DNA of 64,000 nucleotides, counting the filler, from Octopus bimaculoides (taxonomy: Eukaryota), in assembly GCF_001194135.2 (NCBI RefSeq). It is 9 parts of 9 records of this genome, joined end to end, with 100 filler letters (N's around TTAATTAATTAA, not from the genome) between each part and the next. Parts side by side here need not be neighbours in the genome. Positions count along the whole stretch, not along the records: positions 1 to 9,166 come from NC_068984.1; positions 9,267 to 29,124 come from NC_068986.1; 7 more parts are not named here. One strand, given 5' to 3'. The notes beneath the pieces were generated by a model. The model was not told where the DNA came from. It saw only the letters and a list, made by a program, of their open reading frames with translations, and ran no database searches. The position numbers were made by a program, and so were the translations under genes. Below, one piece after another: positions 1 to 13,058 of the stretch. Each line of letters starts with the position of its first letter. The stretch's first letter is position 1.

Positions 1-370
1 ATTTTTACGCGCACACACATGCGTACAACCCCATTCTCACATACTTTCACTATTCACATGTTGAGCAAAAATATCAAGCATATATACGTACACACACACA
101 CTCTCACACATACATACATATATATATATATTATATATATACCCAGACACACACACAAACACACAGAGGGAGAGAGAGAGAGAGAGAGAGAGCGAGAGAT
201 ACTTTGGTAGCTATAGAGATGTTGACAAATAAATATATACATACATTCATACATATGTATGTATGTATATAATGATAATCTATACGTGTATGTTTATATA
301 CATACATTAACGTGTGCGTACAAGCATGCGTGCGAGTGTGTATGTGTGCGTGTGAGTGTGGGTATGTGTG

Positions 371-409
<39 letters not shown>

Positions 410-1945
410 GTGTGTGTGTGCGTGTGTGCGTGTGTGTGTGTCTGTAAACATATACATAGGAATACAAACTATGGAAGGGTCACTTGACTCCGTCTAATTG
501 TTCAGCTTATTTCGTCAGGCCCTGCACTGGCTTATTGATGGAGAGGCAAAAAGAAAAAAAAAACACCAACACACATGAAATAGGCTGGTTGTTTTGCTTT
601 TGCTGTTACTTCTCAACGCTTTGTTAAATATACAACAAAAGTATACAATGCCACATCAAAACATGTTATGCAAATATTAATTCTACACATACACGCGCAC
701 AAACGCAGACACATATGCATATACATGTATATATATATATATATATNNNNNNNNNNNNNNNNNNNNNNNNNNNNNNNNNNNNNNNNNNNNNNNNNNNNNN
801 NNNNNNNNNNNNNNNNNNNNNNNNNNNNNNNNNNNNNNNNNNNNNNNNNNNNNNNNNNNNNNNNNNNNNNNNNNNNNNNNNNNNNNNNNNNNNNNNNNNN
901 NNNNNNNNNNNNNNNNNNNNNNNNNNNNNNNNNNNNNNNNNNNNNNNNNNNNNNNNNNNNNNNNNNNNNNNNNNNNNNNNNNNNNNNNNNNNNNNNNNNN
1001 NNNNNNNNNNNNNNNNNNNNNNNNNNNNNNNNNNNNNNNNNNNNNNNNNNNNNNNNNNNNNNNNNNNNNNNNNNNNNNNNNNNNNNNNNNNNNNNNNNNN
1101 NNNNNNNNNNNNNNNNNNNNNNNNNNNNNNNNNNNNNNNNNNNNNNNNNNNNNNNNNNNNNNNNNNNNNNNNNNNNNNNNNNNNNNNNNNNNNNNGAGAG
1201 AGAGAGAGAGAGAGAGGGGGGGAGAGAGAATGAGACTTGTGTGTGTGTGTGTGTGTGTGATTGTCAAAGAAGGTGAAAAAAGCGCCATTTGCGCGAAAAT
1301 AAAGTGGAAAGTTACATTCTTACATGTATGCCCATGGCTATCAATATCAATAGCGATTCTTCAAAAGCTCACTGATTTATTTGTAAAAGTTTCTGTTTTT
1401 TTGTTTTTTTGTGTGTTTTTTCTTTCTTCCATGTCACGTTTTACGCGTTGCTTATTAGGATTGCATTAGACATCACAATAATACAATAGCAACAGCGTCA
1501 ACAACAAACAACTGCTCCAACAACACCGCCATTAATAATATCAACAATATATAACAAAATAAAAAAACAGAAGAGAATGTATAATAGTACGAAGAACTAA
1601 ATGTGATAAGGTCTTCTAAGAAAGTAGCCTCATCATATGTGTTAAGAGCAAATGAAAAGGATAGAAATAATAACTGGAACATCGTCAACAACGAAGACAG
1701 TAATGTCTTGCTGATAGGGCAACTATCATCAGCTAATATACTCGCAAAAATCATGTGTGTATATGTGCATTGATTTGCACTTATATACACGCTTACTTAC
1801 ACTACTGTATGTCTAAGTATACATACTAACGTACAAATATATATATCTATGTATATATACATATAAACATATATATATACATGTATATGTATGTATAGGA
1901 GTGTATATAAGTACATATATATATATATATGTATGTACGTATGTA

Positions 1946-2118
1946 GGAGTGGCTGTGTGGTAATTAGCTTGCTTACGAACCGCTTGGTTCTGGGTTCAGT
2001 CCCACTGTGTGGCACCTCGGGCAAGTGTCTTCTACTATAGCCTGGGACCGACCAAACCCTTGTGAGCGGATTTGGTAGAAGGAAACTGGAAGAAGCCCGT
2101 CGTATGTATATATATATA
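1946..2118 (+). mobile_element. tRNA-headed SINE, family A, with (TA)n tail
   Basis: GGAGTGGCTGTGTGGT (A-box-like) ... GGTTCAGTCCC (B-box-like) ... GGCACCTCGGGCAAGTGTC (CORE-like) ... GAAGCCCGTCGT then (TA)n; near-identical copy at 26036-26208. Confidence 0.85.
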
Positions 2119-3141
2119 NNNNNNNNNNNNNNNNNNNNNNNNNNNNNNNNNNNNNNNNNNNNNNNNNNNNNNNNNNNNNNNNNNNNNNNNNNNNNNNNNN
2201 NNNNNNNNNNNNNNNNNNNNNNNNNNNNNNNNNNNNNNNNNNNNNNNNNNNNNNNNNNNNNNNNNNNNNNNNNNNNNNNNNNNNNNNNNNNNNNNNNNNN
2301 NNNNNNNNNNNNNNNNNNNNNNNNNNNNNNNNNNNNNNNNNNNNNNNNNNNNNNNNNNNNNNNNNNNNNNNNNNNNNNNNNNNNNNNNNNNNNNNNNNNN
2401 NNNNNNNNNNNNNNNNNNNNNNNNNNNNNNNNNNNNNNNNNNNNNNNNNNNNNNNNNNNNNNNNNNNNNNNNNNNNNNNNNNNNNNNNNNNNNNNNNNNN
2501 NNNNNNNNNNNNNNNNNNNNNNNNNNNNNNNNNNNNNNNNNNNNNNNNNNNNNNNNNNNNNNNNNNNNNNNNNNNNNNNNNNNNNNNNNNNNNNNNNNNN
2601 NNNNNNNNNNNNNNNNNNNNNNNNNNNNNNNNNNNNNNNNNNNNNNNNNNNNNNNNNNNNNNNNNNNNNNNNNNNNNNNNNNNNNNNNNNNNNNNNNNNN
2701 NNNNNNNNNNNNNNNNNNNNNNNNNNNNNNNNNNNNNNNNNNNNNNNNNNNNNNNNNNNNNNNNNNNNNNNNNNNNNNNNNNNNNNNNNNNNNNNNNNNN
2801 NNNNNNNNNNNNNNNNNNNNNNNNNNNNNNNNNNNNNNNNNNNNNNNNNNNNNNNNNNNNNNNNNNNNNNNNNNNNNNNNNNNNNNNNNNNNNNNNNNNN
2901 NNNNNNNNNNNNNNNNNNNNNNNNNNNNNNNNNNNNNNNNNNNNNNNNNNNNNNNNNNNNNNNNNNNNNNNNNNNNNNNNNNNNNNNNNNNNNNNNNNNN
3001 NNNNNNNNNNNNNNNNNNNNNNNNNNNNNNNNNNNNNNNNNNNNNNNNNNNNNNNNNNNNNNNNNNNNNNNNNNNNNNNNNNNNNNNNNNNNNNNNNNNN
3101 NNNTATATATATATATATACATACATACATACATAGATACA

Positions 3142-3175
<34 letters not shown>

Positions 3176-3689
3176 CATACATACATACATACATACATAC
3201 AAAATGTAAAACCTGTATGACTGGAAAACAACGGTGAATTTACAATATAGAATGATGAACTATAACCTAAGATTCTTCCACAAGAATACATGGAATTCTT
3301 TAGAATGCAACAAATTTGAAGTCATCTGCATCTACTTGAGACAAAAAAAAAAGGAAATAAGAATGAATTATACAAAAGCATGATAAAATAGATATATGAA
3401 AAAAAATGTCTCTCTCAGTAATTCTTCTCCCTTGAGGGAAATTCACTCCCTTACTTTTAGCTCTTAATAAACCTTATTTCTCCCTGCTTCTTACACTAAA
3501 ACGAACCGCAGGTAGTAGCAGCGATGATCACTAGTCAAGTTTCACACGTAAACAATATTGTTAGCCCAGTGTAGTAACAGAAATCTCATAAAGTATTTTT
3601 GCCCGGCTTCATAATCCCTCACTAATAACTACGTTTTTCTTCAGGTGTACTTTTACTGAAACACGTCAGAAAAATATGAACATCTCTGT

Positions 3690-4040
3690 TTACATAAGAA
3701 CGAGATACTGCAGGAGCCTTGGTTTCAGAGGACCTCAGCTCTTCAATGCCCTGCCAAAACATTTGAGAGACATGCAAGTCATGGATGCGGAGGTCTTCAA
3801 GACAAAACTTGACGCTTTCCTCTCCACGATACCAGACGAACCAATGGCTCGTAATGAGACGCAGTTTAGGGCAGCGATGTCAAATTCTCTTATACACCAG
3901 ATGTGCCATCACAACTCTTGATTGGACCATATCAGGTCGGGGAGAAGAGCCATGCAAGGAACGTGAAGAGAGCACAGCATAAAGACGGAGAGTCACGGTG
4001 GTGCACCAGCATGACCGCAGCTACTTGGCTGAAACCCATA
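3690..4040 (+). mobile_element. 3' end of a CR1/L2-type LINE (RT C-terminus plus 3' UTR)
   Basis: ORF 3676-3921 contains FNALPKHLRD...FKTKLDAFLSTIPDEP...RAAMSNSL, typical of the extreme C-terminus of CR1/L2-group ORF2; 3' tail GGTGCACCAGCATGACCGCAG...CTGAAAC. Confidence 0.7.
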
Positions 4041-4550
4041 NNNNNNNNNNNNNNNNNNNNNNNNNNNNNNNNNNNNNNNNNNNNNNNNNNNNNNNNNNNN
4101 NNNNNNNNNNNNNNNNNNNNNNNNNNNNNNNNNNNNNNNNNNNNNNNNNNNNNNNNNNNNNNNNNNNNNNNNNNNNNNNNNNNNNNNNNNNNNNNNNNNN
4201 NNNNNNNNNNNNNNNNNNNNNNNNNNNNNNNNNNNNNNNNNNNNNNNNNNNNNNNNNNNNNNNNNNNNNNNNNNNNNNNNNNNNNNNNNNNNNNNNNNNN
4301 NNNNNNNNNNNNNNNNNNNNNNNNNNNNNNNNNNNNNNNNNNNNNNNNNNNNNNNNNNNNNNNNNNNNNNNNNNNNNNNNNNNNNNNNNNNNNNNNNNNN
4401 NNNNNNNNNNNNNNNNNNNNNNNNNNNNNNNNNNNNNNNNNNNNNNNNNNNNNNNNNNNNNNNNNNNNNNNNNNNNNNNNNNNNNNNNNNNNNNNNNNNN
4501 NNNNNNNNNNNNNNNNNNNNNNNNNTATATATATATATATATATATACAT

Positions 4551-4656
<106 letters not shown>

Positions 4657-4824
4657 TTGTATACGTGTACTTGTGAAATGAGCGCTTACATATTTCATAC
4701 TGGCGTATTTGAAAATAATAATCTATGTACGCACACACAAATACGCATGCGTACGCATAGATATACAGGCGTCTGGATGCTTATAAGCTTGTGTGTGTGT
4801 GTGCATGTGTGTATGTGTGTGTGT

Positions 4825-4852
<28 letters not shown>

Positions 4853-4855
<3 letters not shown>

Positions 4856-5110
4856 ACAAAAAATGTATTCTTTGCGTGTTAAGTAGCTTGCTTCCCAACC
4901 GAATGGTTTCGGGTTCAGTCCCTCTGTAGTGTACCTAGTACACGACGAGCTTCTTTCAGTTTCCATCTATCAAGTCTATTCACAAGGATTTGGTCCGTCT
5001 GCAGTTATAGTAGAAGACGCTTGCACTAGGTACTATGCAGAGGGACTGAACCCGAAACCATTCGGTTGGGAACAAGCTACTTAACGCGCAAAGAATACAT
5101 TTTTTGTCAC
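4853..5110. repeat. Fold-back inverted repeat (arms 4853-4939 and 5025-5110) built on a minus-strand family A SINE (about 4943-5085)
   Basis: About 87-bp arms are near-perfect reverse complements and include non-SINE flank; the 85-nt spacer is the SINE 3' half. Confidence 0.9.
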
Positions 5111-6360
5111 GCACACACAATTTTATATAATAGTCTGCAAGTTTCTTTATGTGAGTTCGTGTGTTGAAGCAATTTCTGTTCTGTCTGGAGAGAGTCATTC
5201 TCTTTTAGTGCCTTATAATTTAACACATTCACCGGTAAAATTTCCACTCATTTACTTATTTAATTTTTCTAAAAGTTTCGTTGCGTCGCGCAAACTTTTC
5301 AATAGTCGTTGACTTTGTCCGTTATTCAAGCTGTGTTCTTTTTGTTTGTTTGTTTGTTTGTTTGTGAGCATGTGCGTGGGTCAGTGTGTGCGCGCGCATA
5401 CATATGTATGTATGTATGCACGTAAGTGTGTGTATGCATGTATGTATGTGTGTGTGCATAATGACTCTCCTCAGACAACAGAATGTGTATATATGTATAT
5501 ACGTATATATATGTATCTATATCTTTGTATGTATATATGTATGTATGTATGTGTGTATGTATGTATGTATGTATGTATGTATGTATATATGTATGTATGT
5601 ATATATGTACATATGTATGTATCTATGTATGTATGAACTATTGGATTACTGTTAACATTTGTAATATATTGAACTTCAAAAATCTAATTAAACTACACAT
5701 CCGGTGACGAAACGTCAATATTATCTCAAAGACTAATTATACTTTAATCATTTTGTCAGCAAAATGATGAACATAATATTAGGTATTTCACTAATATTGT
5801 ATATTTCTCATCATATAATTGTTTCTAATTAGATTTTTGATGCCCTCTGAAATATCTTGCCGACATATATATAGATATAGATACAGCCAAATGTATATCT
5901 ATCTATCTATCTATCTATATTCTGATCGACTCCTCTGTGTGTTAACATGGGCCTCCTAACGTCAATGCAAACTTCATATAATCAAGATTCCATTGGCCTG
6001 AAGACTAGCGTACTGCATACACTTCGCTTGGATATTTACCGCTTCCGAGGTTCCGCTCGCTATGAAAACTATGTAGCCCGGATTTTATTTACTCCATTCC
6101 TTAACTCCCGGATTTCTATTTGCATACCTGACAACCCTGGCTGCCAACAGTGAAATATAAAACAATTTCTTTTTTCTGCTTATCGTTCTTCGATACGAGA
6201 ATAATTCAAGACCTTCCGCACCAATAAACCACCATTATTCCAGAAAGTTGTTTTTTTTTTTTTTCATATATATATTTTTTCTACGGATTGCCTGAAGACT
6301 CTCTTTTTGTCTATAATCGATCCTTGGATCTTACGTTTATATCGATCTATATATATATAT

Positions 6361-6854
6361 AAAGAGAAAAACAACTAGTTTTATATCTCTGAGTGAGAAA
6401 TATATGGTAACGGCACTGGATAGCAAGGTTTATTTGCCAACGTAAAGTAGCAGTCCTGCTTAGGACGATGTTACTATTGTTTAATCCCAGGAAAATATCT
6501 TTTCCAGCTGGCAACCGACGCATCATCTGTGTCCGTATTCTATGAGCAAGGGAGATAATGGTCCCCCTCCAGCCTTAGCGATACCTGCGGACCAATGGTT
6601 ACTGGTTTATTTCTCTTTCTCGGTGCATGTCAATCGCTGGCTAGAGATGGTAGCGACTCGCCTCACTCACAGTGTATATTCTTAAAGCGACACACAGTGA
6701 CTGATCTCGTAAAGAGAAAGACAACTAGTTTAAATCTTTGAGCGAGAAATATGTGGTAACATTACTGCATAGTAAATTGGCAGTTGTAGAGTGGCAGTCT
6801 TGGTTAAGACGATGTTACTACTATTTAACCTCAGGAAAACATCTTTTCCAGCTG
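6361..6854. repeat. About 150-bp direct repeat, 350-bp period (6361-6510 and 6711-6854)
   Basis: AAAGAGAAA.ACAACTAGTTT...TCTTTTCCAGCTG occurs twice. Confidence 0.8.
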
Positions 6855-7832
6855 TTTATATATATATATATGTAAACAAACCATTGACTTACTTTATTGT
6901 AATTTATATTGTATTAGCTTAAAGAAACATTAGAAATATAGTATATATATATANNNNNNNNNNNNNNNNNNNNNNNNNNNNNNNNNNNNNNNNNNNNNNN
7001 NNNNNNNNNNNNNNNNNNNNNNNNNNNNNNNNNNNNNNNNNNNNNNNNNNNNNNNNNNNNNNNNNNNNNNNNNNNNNNNNNNNNNNNNNNNNNNNNNNNN
7101 NNNNNNNNNNNNNNNNNNNNNNNNNNNNNNNNNNNNNNNNNNNNNNNNNNNNNNNNNNNNNNNNNNNNNNNNNNNNNNNNNNNNNNNNNNNNNNNNNNNN
7201 NNNNNNNNNNNNNNNNNNNNNNNNNNNNNNNNNNNNNNNNNNNNNNNNNNNNNNNNNNNNNNNNNNNNNNNNNNNNNNNNNNNNNNNNNNNNNNNNNNNN
7301 NNNNNNNNNNNNNNNNNNNNNNNNNNNNNNNNNNNNNNNNNNNNNNNNNNNNNNNNNNNNNNNNNNNNNNNNNNNNNNNNNNNNNNNNNNNNNNNNNNNN
7401 NNNNNNNNNNNNNNNNNNNNNNNNNNNNNNNNNNNNNNNNNNNNNNNNNNNNNNNNNNNNNNNNNNNNNNNNNNNNNNNNNNNNNNNNNNNNNNNNNNNN
7501 NNNNNNNNNNNNNNNNNNNNNNNNNNNNNNNNNNNNNNNNNNNNNNNNNNNNNNNNNNNNNNNNNNNNNNNNNNNNNNNNNNNNNNNNNNNNNNNNNNNN
7601 NNNNNNNNNNNNNNNNNNNNNNNNNNNNNNNNNNNNNNNNNNNNNNNNNNNNNNNNNNNNNNNNNNNNNNNNNNNNNNNNNNNNNNNNNNNNNNNNNNNN
7701 NNNNNNNNNNNNNNNNNNNNNNNNNNNNNNNNNNNNNNNNNNNNNNNNNNNNNNNNNNNNNNNNNNNNNNNNNNNNNNNNNNNNNNNNNNNNNNNNNNNN
7801 NNNNNNNNNNNNNNNNNNNNNNNNNNNNNNNN

Positions 7833-7903
<71 letters not shown>

Positions 7904-8677
7904 AACACACGAAAATGCACGCAGACAAGCAGACAGGCAGACAACCAAACAGACAGACTCACAGACTGACAGAGAGACAGACAGTCTGACAGACAGATAG
8001 ACAGACAGATAGATAAAAATACATGAACAGTTTCCCTCGTTATGAACATGGATAGATAAATTTAGTCGTCTTTCAGACTTCAATTTCCGTTTATTTTGAA
8101 AACATTACATAAGAAATATCTTTATGTTTCCAGAATTTCTACTCATCAAACGAGGATTTTTATTTTTTGTTTTTTCGTTAATCTTCATCATCATCATCAT
8201 CATCATCATCATTTTTGTTGTTATTTTAGCCCTTTGTTGGTTGTTTATATATATATATATATATATTTGGCATTATACGCTACAGAATGAATTTGTCATT
8301 TGTCTTCCCCACTAATTCATACAATGGAAATAATTTTTTTTTTTTTTTCGTTATTCTTCCCATCATAGAAATCGTTCGACGTTAAATTGAACAGCAAATG
8401 CAAGGACAACTCTTTTAGTACCATAAATAGAAATCGTTTCTCCGTATCATTATCATCTCTGGCGTATTACGATAAAAATACACCTGAAAATAATACGTAC
8501 GTGTACAATGTGAGTATGCGTGAGTCCGTCTGTGTGTAAATACTCGTCCGTTCGCTTTATTCATCAAACAGCACGTACATATATACATACTTACATACGA
8601 CGCACGCAAACACGCAAATTTTTATGCATATATTTCAGCTAATTTATGCGTTCAAAGCTGTCAATACTGAACGTCTC

Positions 8678-8996
8678 TAAGGCGGCGAGCTGGCAGAAAC
8701 GTTAGCACGCCGGACGAAATGCTTAGCAGTATTTCGTCTGCCATTACGTGCTGAGTTCAAATTCCACGAGGTCGACTTAGCCTTTCATCCTTTCGGGGTC
8801 GATAAATTATGTACCAGTTACGCACTGGGGGTCGATGTAATTGACTTAATCCCTCTGTCTGTTCGTCTTTGTCCCCTCTATGTTTAGCCCCTTGTGTGCA
8901 ATAAAGAAATAAGAAACGTTAGCACACTAGACAAAATGCTTAGCAGTATTTTGTCTTTACGTTCTGAGTTCAAATTCTGCCGAGGTTGACTTTACC
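8678..8996 (+). mobile_element. tRNA-headed SINE family B (tail B1) plus partial second unit
   Basis: TAAGGCGGCGAGCTGGCAGAAACGTTAG ... GAGTTCAAATTCC ... CCTTTCATCCTTTCGGGGTCGATAAATTATGTACCAG ... GCCCCTTGTG; restarts at AAACGTTAGCAC at 8914. Confidence 0.85.
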
Positions 8997-9266
8997 TAGC
9001 GTGCAAGAAATCCCATAATGAACGCATCTTATGTGTTTAAATGTACTTTGTATTTATATGAATAATATATAGTCTATAGACTAAATTTTACACGCTAGGC
9101 CACTGGTGGTAGACATTTCTAATATTGTTCATTACCCTGGATAATATTAATTATATATATATATATNNNNNNNNNNNNNNNNNNNNNNNNNNNNNNNNNN
9201 NNNNNNNNNNTTAATTAATTAANNNNNNNNNNNNNNNNNNNNNNNNNNNNNNNNNNNNNNNNNNNN

Positions 9267-9320
<54 letters not shown>

Positions 9321-9530
9321 TACGTACATGTATACATACATATACATACGTGTATATTTACATAGCTATATAACAGAAATAGATATAGATATATTACGTG
9401 TGCGTGTGTGTGTCTGCCTGTTTGCGTGTGTTTATTATGACTAATGCTCCCATATAGTGTGTGCAAACATCATAGAATACACGGTACGCACTTACGTATT
9501 CATGGGTGTGTCTGTAATTCCATTATTCAC

Positions 9531-9614
<84 letters not shown>

Positions 9615-10117
9615 ATGATGTATATGAATGTATGTATATGTTTCTTTGTGCGTGTGTGCGTGCGTGTGTTTGTGCATATCCATGTATGTATTTATGTAAC
9701 AAAATGTCGTTCTTTGTAGGCAATTAATTAGTAAATGGCTTGTATTTACTACCAAAGTCACACGATTCCGTCAAGTGGAAGATTGTTTCCTTTACTTCAC
9801 TGATCTTTACATTTGTTCTATTTTGCAGACAGTTCAATGCGAAAGCTTAAAATAGGAATGGTCGCATTTCATCGTTCCGAAAAAGATACATGAAATTAAT
9901 AACATTTCGTTGAGTTCGTTATTTTAGGTGTAGGCGTAAAATGTGTTGATACGTCAAACAAAAGAACACGTTATATAGTTTCTCTTGTTGCTATTACTAC
10001 AACTTTACTACAGTCTTTGGTAATCTGTTGCTCACGGGCCGCAAGCTGACTTTTTTTTTTTTTTTTCTGGGGTTTTTTTTTTTGAAGTACGTTAAACAAA
10101 TTTAAGCTCTGAAATAT

Positions 10118-10291
10118 TCTTTTATTCTTTTACTCTTTTACTTGTTTCAATCATTTGACTGCGGCCATGCTGGAGCACCGGCTTTAGTCGAATCAAATTG
10201 ACCCCAGGACTTATTCTCTGTAAGCCTAGAACTTATTCTATAGGTCTCTTTTTGCCGAACCACTAGGTTACGGGGACGTAAACACACCAGC
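10118..10291 (-). mobile_element. SINE family E, 3' part, with (AAAAGAGT)n-like tail
   Basis: TCTTTTACTCTTTTACTTGTTTCAATCATTTGACTGCGGCCATGCTGGAGCACC; second copy at 58435-58530, fragment near 28915-28955. Confidence 0.8.
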
Positions 10292-10295
10292 GGCG

Positions 10296-10349
<54 letters not shown>

Positions 10350-10798
10350 TACAGGCATAGAAATTGTTCTTATGATCATTGGTGCACTTGGTGCATCACC
10401 CAAATTGCTACTTAAGGCTCTGAAATACAACAGATGTGATATTACGTCGTGAAGGTCTTTGCAGAAAGTGCCATCCTGTGTTCTGTGAGAAAGATTCTTG
10501 AAATTCGAGTAGATTTCTTAACGCCAAACCTCAAGATAAAACCTCTGCTAATTAAATTTCTCCTGTCAACGCAAGGTCACATCTGGATTCACTCTGTGAA
10601 GTTCGAAAACAATTGTTCGTTTGTTTTGCGATTTAGAGATTTGATATATTCTATATTTGCTGTGTATTTTGCTGCAGAAGTGACAGTGAGCAGATGGTAG
10701 TCCCAATGATCTGTTTGACCCTTGTTAGGGATTGAACTGTTTGAAACACTTGAACACTTTTGTTTACAAATTCTTTGAAAAAAATATCTAAGAATTGT

Positions 10799-12071
10799 AA
10801 ACGGCGTCGTGTGATGAGGAAGAGGATGGTAAGAGAAGGTACAAGTGAAGAGGAAGGAGAGAGTGGAAACAGACTGATTTAGACATTCACAAAAGAGAAT
10901 GTTTCAGCTATGGTTCAGTGATTATAAGAAAATATTAGCAACACATTCACACCACAGCGTGACCATCCCAGGCCGTATTGACATCACTTCAAAAAAACAA
11001 TAAGCCCAATGTGACCAGATCGATAGCAGCTGCAACAACAACAACATCTCCACCACCAGCATCACCACAGCCTCGATGCGGAGTATATGGCAGTTGATAT
11101 TTGTAAAATAACGAGTACTACTTCTACTGTGTCCGGAACACAGCAAAATTCGAAATATGGACAGCAGTAATAAGGTCTCTGTAAAAGGTGATTGCGCAAG
11201 AGCTGCAAGAAAAATTGAGCAGGTCATTCAAGAACAAAAAAAGAGAGGCCATCGTCAAGCGAAGAATTAGAAAACAAGGCGGAGCAATGCCAAGTTTTAG
11301 CCTCACCGTACATCGGGAGGGTAGAGGTGGCATTGCCTGCACAAGATAAATCTTCCTAATGATGTATCTATCTGAGATGTACTCAGAGCGACGAAACCGT
11401 TCTGCATGCAATCTTTCAGTGTCGAAGCATTTTAGTTAAGCAACAGCTATTCCGTGTGAAAAGGATCTGGCTATCAGTCGAATATATCACGAAGATCCTC
11501 CACATGCTTGTCCAGAAGCTATAGCTAAAAAGAGTGTAAGATAAACAAGATTCAAAGGATTGATGCATACCCTTCGCCCTTCGATCAAGCTTTCATCAAG
11601 TGTCATTCTTCAAGTACCATTTGGAAAGGGAAAAGAATCTGGAGAGAGAAAAGTAATTACTTTCTTGGAAATAAGCTGAAAGTGGGGTAGAAGGACAAGT
11701 AAGGCTCAAGTGAAGGAGTTTACACTCAGCATGCTCCTGTAATTCGGGGGACACAATTGAGAAAAGAACTTGCTTTTGACAATGTGTGTAACCCAAGATA
11801 TTTGGGGCTTCCTTAGTGGAACCAGGTATCTCTCTTCTTATTTTGATCTTTCATATAAATCATTTTATATAGCATTACAATCCACACTAATGATCAAAAC
11901 GATTCCAAGCGTGACCATCCCACCACATAGAAGAACACACAACCACATAATGCAATAAGTACCTTTTCTCCTACGAGGGTAGAACGAGATTTCCACTCCC
12001 TCCTTCCTCTTCACTTCTATCTTCTCTTACCATCCTCTTCCACATCACACGACGCCGTTTGAACGAGATTT
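10799..12071. repeat. 70-bp inverted repeat pair (10799-10868 and 11991-12060); right copy flanked by an 11-bp direct repeat
   Basis: AAACGGCGTCGTGTGATG...GAGTGGAA versus its reverse complement with 4 mismatches; GAACGAGATTT at 11982-11992 and 12061-12071. Confidence 0.9.
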
Positions 12072-12486
12072 CGTTTGGTTGCTATTTCTAGCATGTCTAA
12101 GGAGATTCACTATGTAAAGGTTTCCTCGTTGACTCGGAAGAAGCAATAATAAGTAGATACGAGATGTGGAAGCAAATGAAGATGGCATCATTAATTAATG
12201 ATGTTATTGATTAAGTCAACTGACATCTTTAGTAGTTTAATAGCCGCAGCAAGTTGTTGGTGAAGTGGTAGAAACTATCAACATTAATAGCTTTGGGTGT
12301 TGTTTGATAACGGAAATATGTCGGCTTATCAATGAGACGGACAAACTGAGGAAATGAGCTTATTCTGTCTTCATTCTTTTACCACTTGTGCGTTTAGGAC
12401 AGAGACAGAGAGGATAAGTTGATTGTGACTAGTATCATGGCTCTCTACAGACCATGTACGTACTGATACGAACATAAATATATATA

Positions 12487-12518
<32 letters not shown>

Positions 12519-12621
12519 CGCAAAATTACAATATACGCATAGAGTTACACATAACACATAAATAGATACAAGGTGGACATTGATACTCGCAAATATGCAC
12601 ACAAGCATATATACACAGAGA

Positions 12622-12624
12622 GAG

Positions 12625-12708
<84 letters not shown>

Positions 12709-12709
12709 G

Positions 12710-12780
<71 letters not shown>
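12622..12780. repeat. (GAAA)n/(GATA)n microsatellite
   Basis: Direct reading. Confidence 0.95.
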
Positions 12781-12829
12781 TGAAGAGAGAGAGAGAGAGA
12801 GAAAGACTGACAGACTGACAGACTGACAG

Positions 12830-13058
12830 ACGGCTAGCTGGCAGAAACGTTAGCGCGCCGGGCGAATGGTTGGCGGTATTTCGTCTGCCACTACGTTCTG
12901 AGTTCAAATTCCGCCGAGGTCGACTTTGCCTTCCATCCTTTCGGGGTCGATAAATAAGTACCAGTTACGCACTGGGGTCGATGTAATCGACTCATTTACT
13001 TTGTCTGTCCTTGTTTGTCTCCTCAATGTTTAGCCCCTTGTGGGCAGTAAAAAAATAA
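12830..13058 (+). mobile_element. SINE family B (tail B1)
   Basis: Colinear with 8678-8913. Confidence 0.85.

Noticed and set aside
5995-6078. Hammerhead-like arrangement GGC-CTGAAGA-CTAGCG...CGCTAT-GAAA-ACTATGTA-GCC
   Set aside because: Only a 3-bp stem I, a C-U mismatch at the base of stem II, an extra A and a ~47-nt loop; chance cannot be excluded.
10799-12060. A 1.26-kb TIR transposon defined by the 70-bp inverted repeats
   Set aside because: No TSD outside the pair and no transposase inside; the direct repeat flanks only the right arm.
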